DNA from: Candidatus Altimarinota bacterium
GTDB lineage: Bacteria > Patescibacteriota > Gracilibacteria > UBA4473
Direction of reading: 5' to 3'
DNA: 34,283 nucleotides
Assembly: GCA_027028725.1 (NCBI GenBank)
Contig: JALVIB010000030.1
Span: 1 to 34,283, forward strand
Part shown: one piece after another, positions 34,154 to 34,283 of the stretch
Position numbering within the stretch: position 1 is the stretch's first letter
Layout: every line of letters starts with the position of its first letter
Translations under genes and position numbers: made by a program
Notes under the pieces: model-generated
The model's input: only the letters and a program-made list of their open reading frames with translations
What the model was told of the DNA's origin: nothing
The model's database searches: none

Positions 34154-34283
34154 TGAGAAAATCCCGCGAAATTTTGAAAAATTTCATAAATTCATAAAAA
34201 TATGCTAAATTCTCCGCGCTTGTCCTCCGAAGGATAAAATGTCACCAAATATATTATGAAAATTACTGCTTCTGAACTTCGCG

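Larger units (their letters stand above)
95..34175. repeat. Highly iterated dispersed motif AAAATCCCGCGAAATTT / AAATTTCGCGGGATTTT
   Basis: About 70-80 copies by hand count in both orientations, e.g. 5436, 8604, 10857, 14127, 15434, 18386, 20954, 24803, 29879, 33950; read in proteins as NPAK, KSRE, IPRK, FAGF, SRDF, FRGI. Confidence 0.97.

Noticed and set aside
95-34175. Core motif as KOPS or Chi
   Set aside because: Both orientations are abundant and interleaved within 34 kb; KOPS and Chi are strongly strand-polarised.

Overview
AT-rich bacterial window, most likely Patescibacteria/CPR of the Gracilibacteria-Peregrinibacteria type (inference from the SLH S-layer protein, type IV pilus/competence genes, a VirB6-like membrane protein and scarce Shine-Dalgarno sites). 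It uses standard code 11. Genes: S-layer protein, orphan fusA, S41 protease, gmk, a degenerate MurI-like protein, a pilN-pilO-pilC-minor pilin operon, U32 protein, adk, rhomboid, mscS, pilin-LamG, two metal/metalloid transporters, BRO-N protein, purH, ftsK, two RelE/YafQ-type toxin-antitoxin pairs, tRNA-Lys(CTT) and an aberrant Ala-acceptor tRNA. The dominant unexplained signal is a non-palindromic motif, AAAATCCCGCGAAATTT (core TCCCGCGA). It occurs about 70-80 times by hand count (about 1 per 450 bp), on both strands, in intergenic and coding DNA, and is absent from the S-layer gene and foreign-looking genes. The motif is the target of at least three families of very small frame-preserving insertions (21, 24 and 30 bp), found at 7 sites in 6 proteins. 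It also forms the junctions of cassette-like genes, brackets MITE-like modules and encodes one prepilin cleavage site. This resembles the cyanobacterial HIP1/SDR5 pairing or a DNA-uptake sequence, but with a different sequence. Also seen: a lone integron cassette with attC, a TA-flanked MITE whose end forms a promoter for ftsK, several REP/BIME-like families and a structured, boxA-containing S-layer leader.
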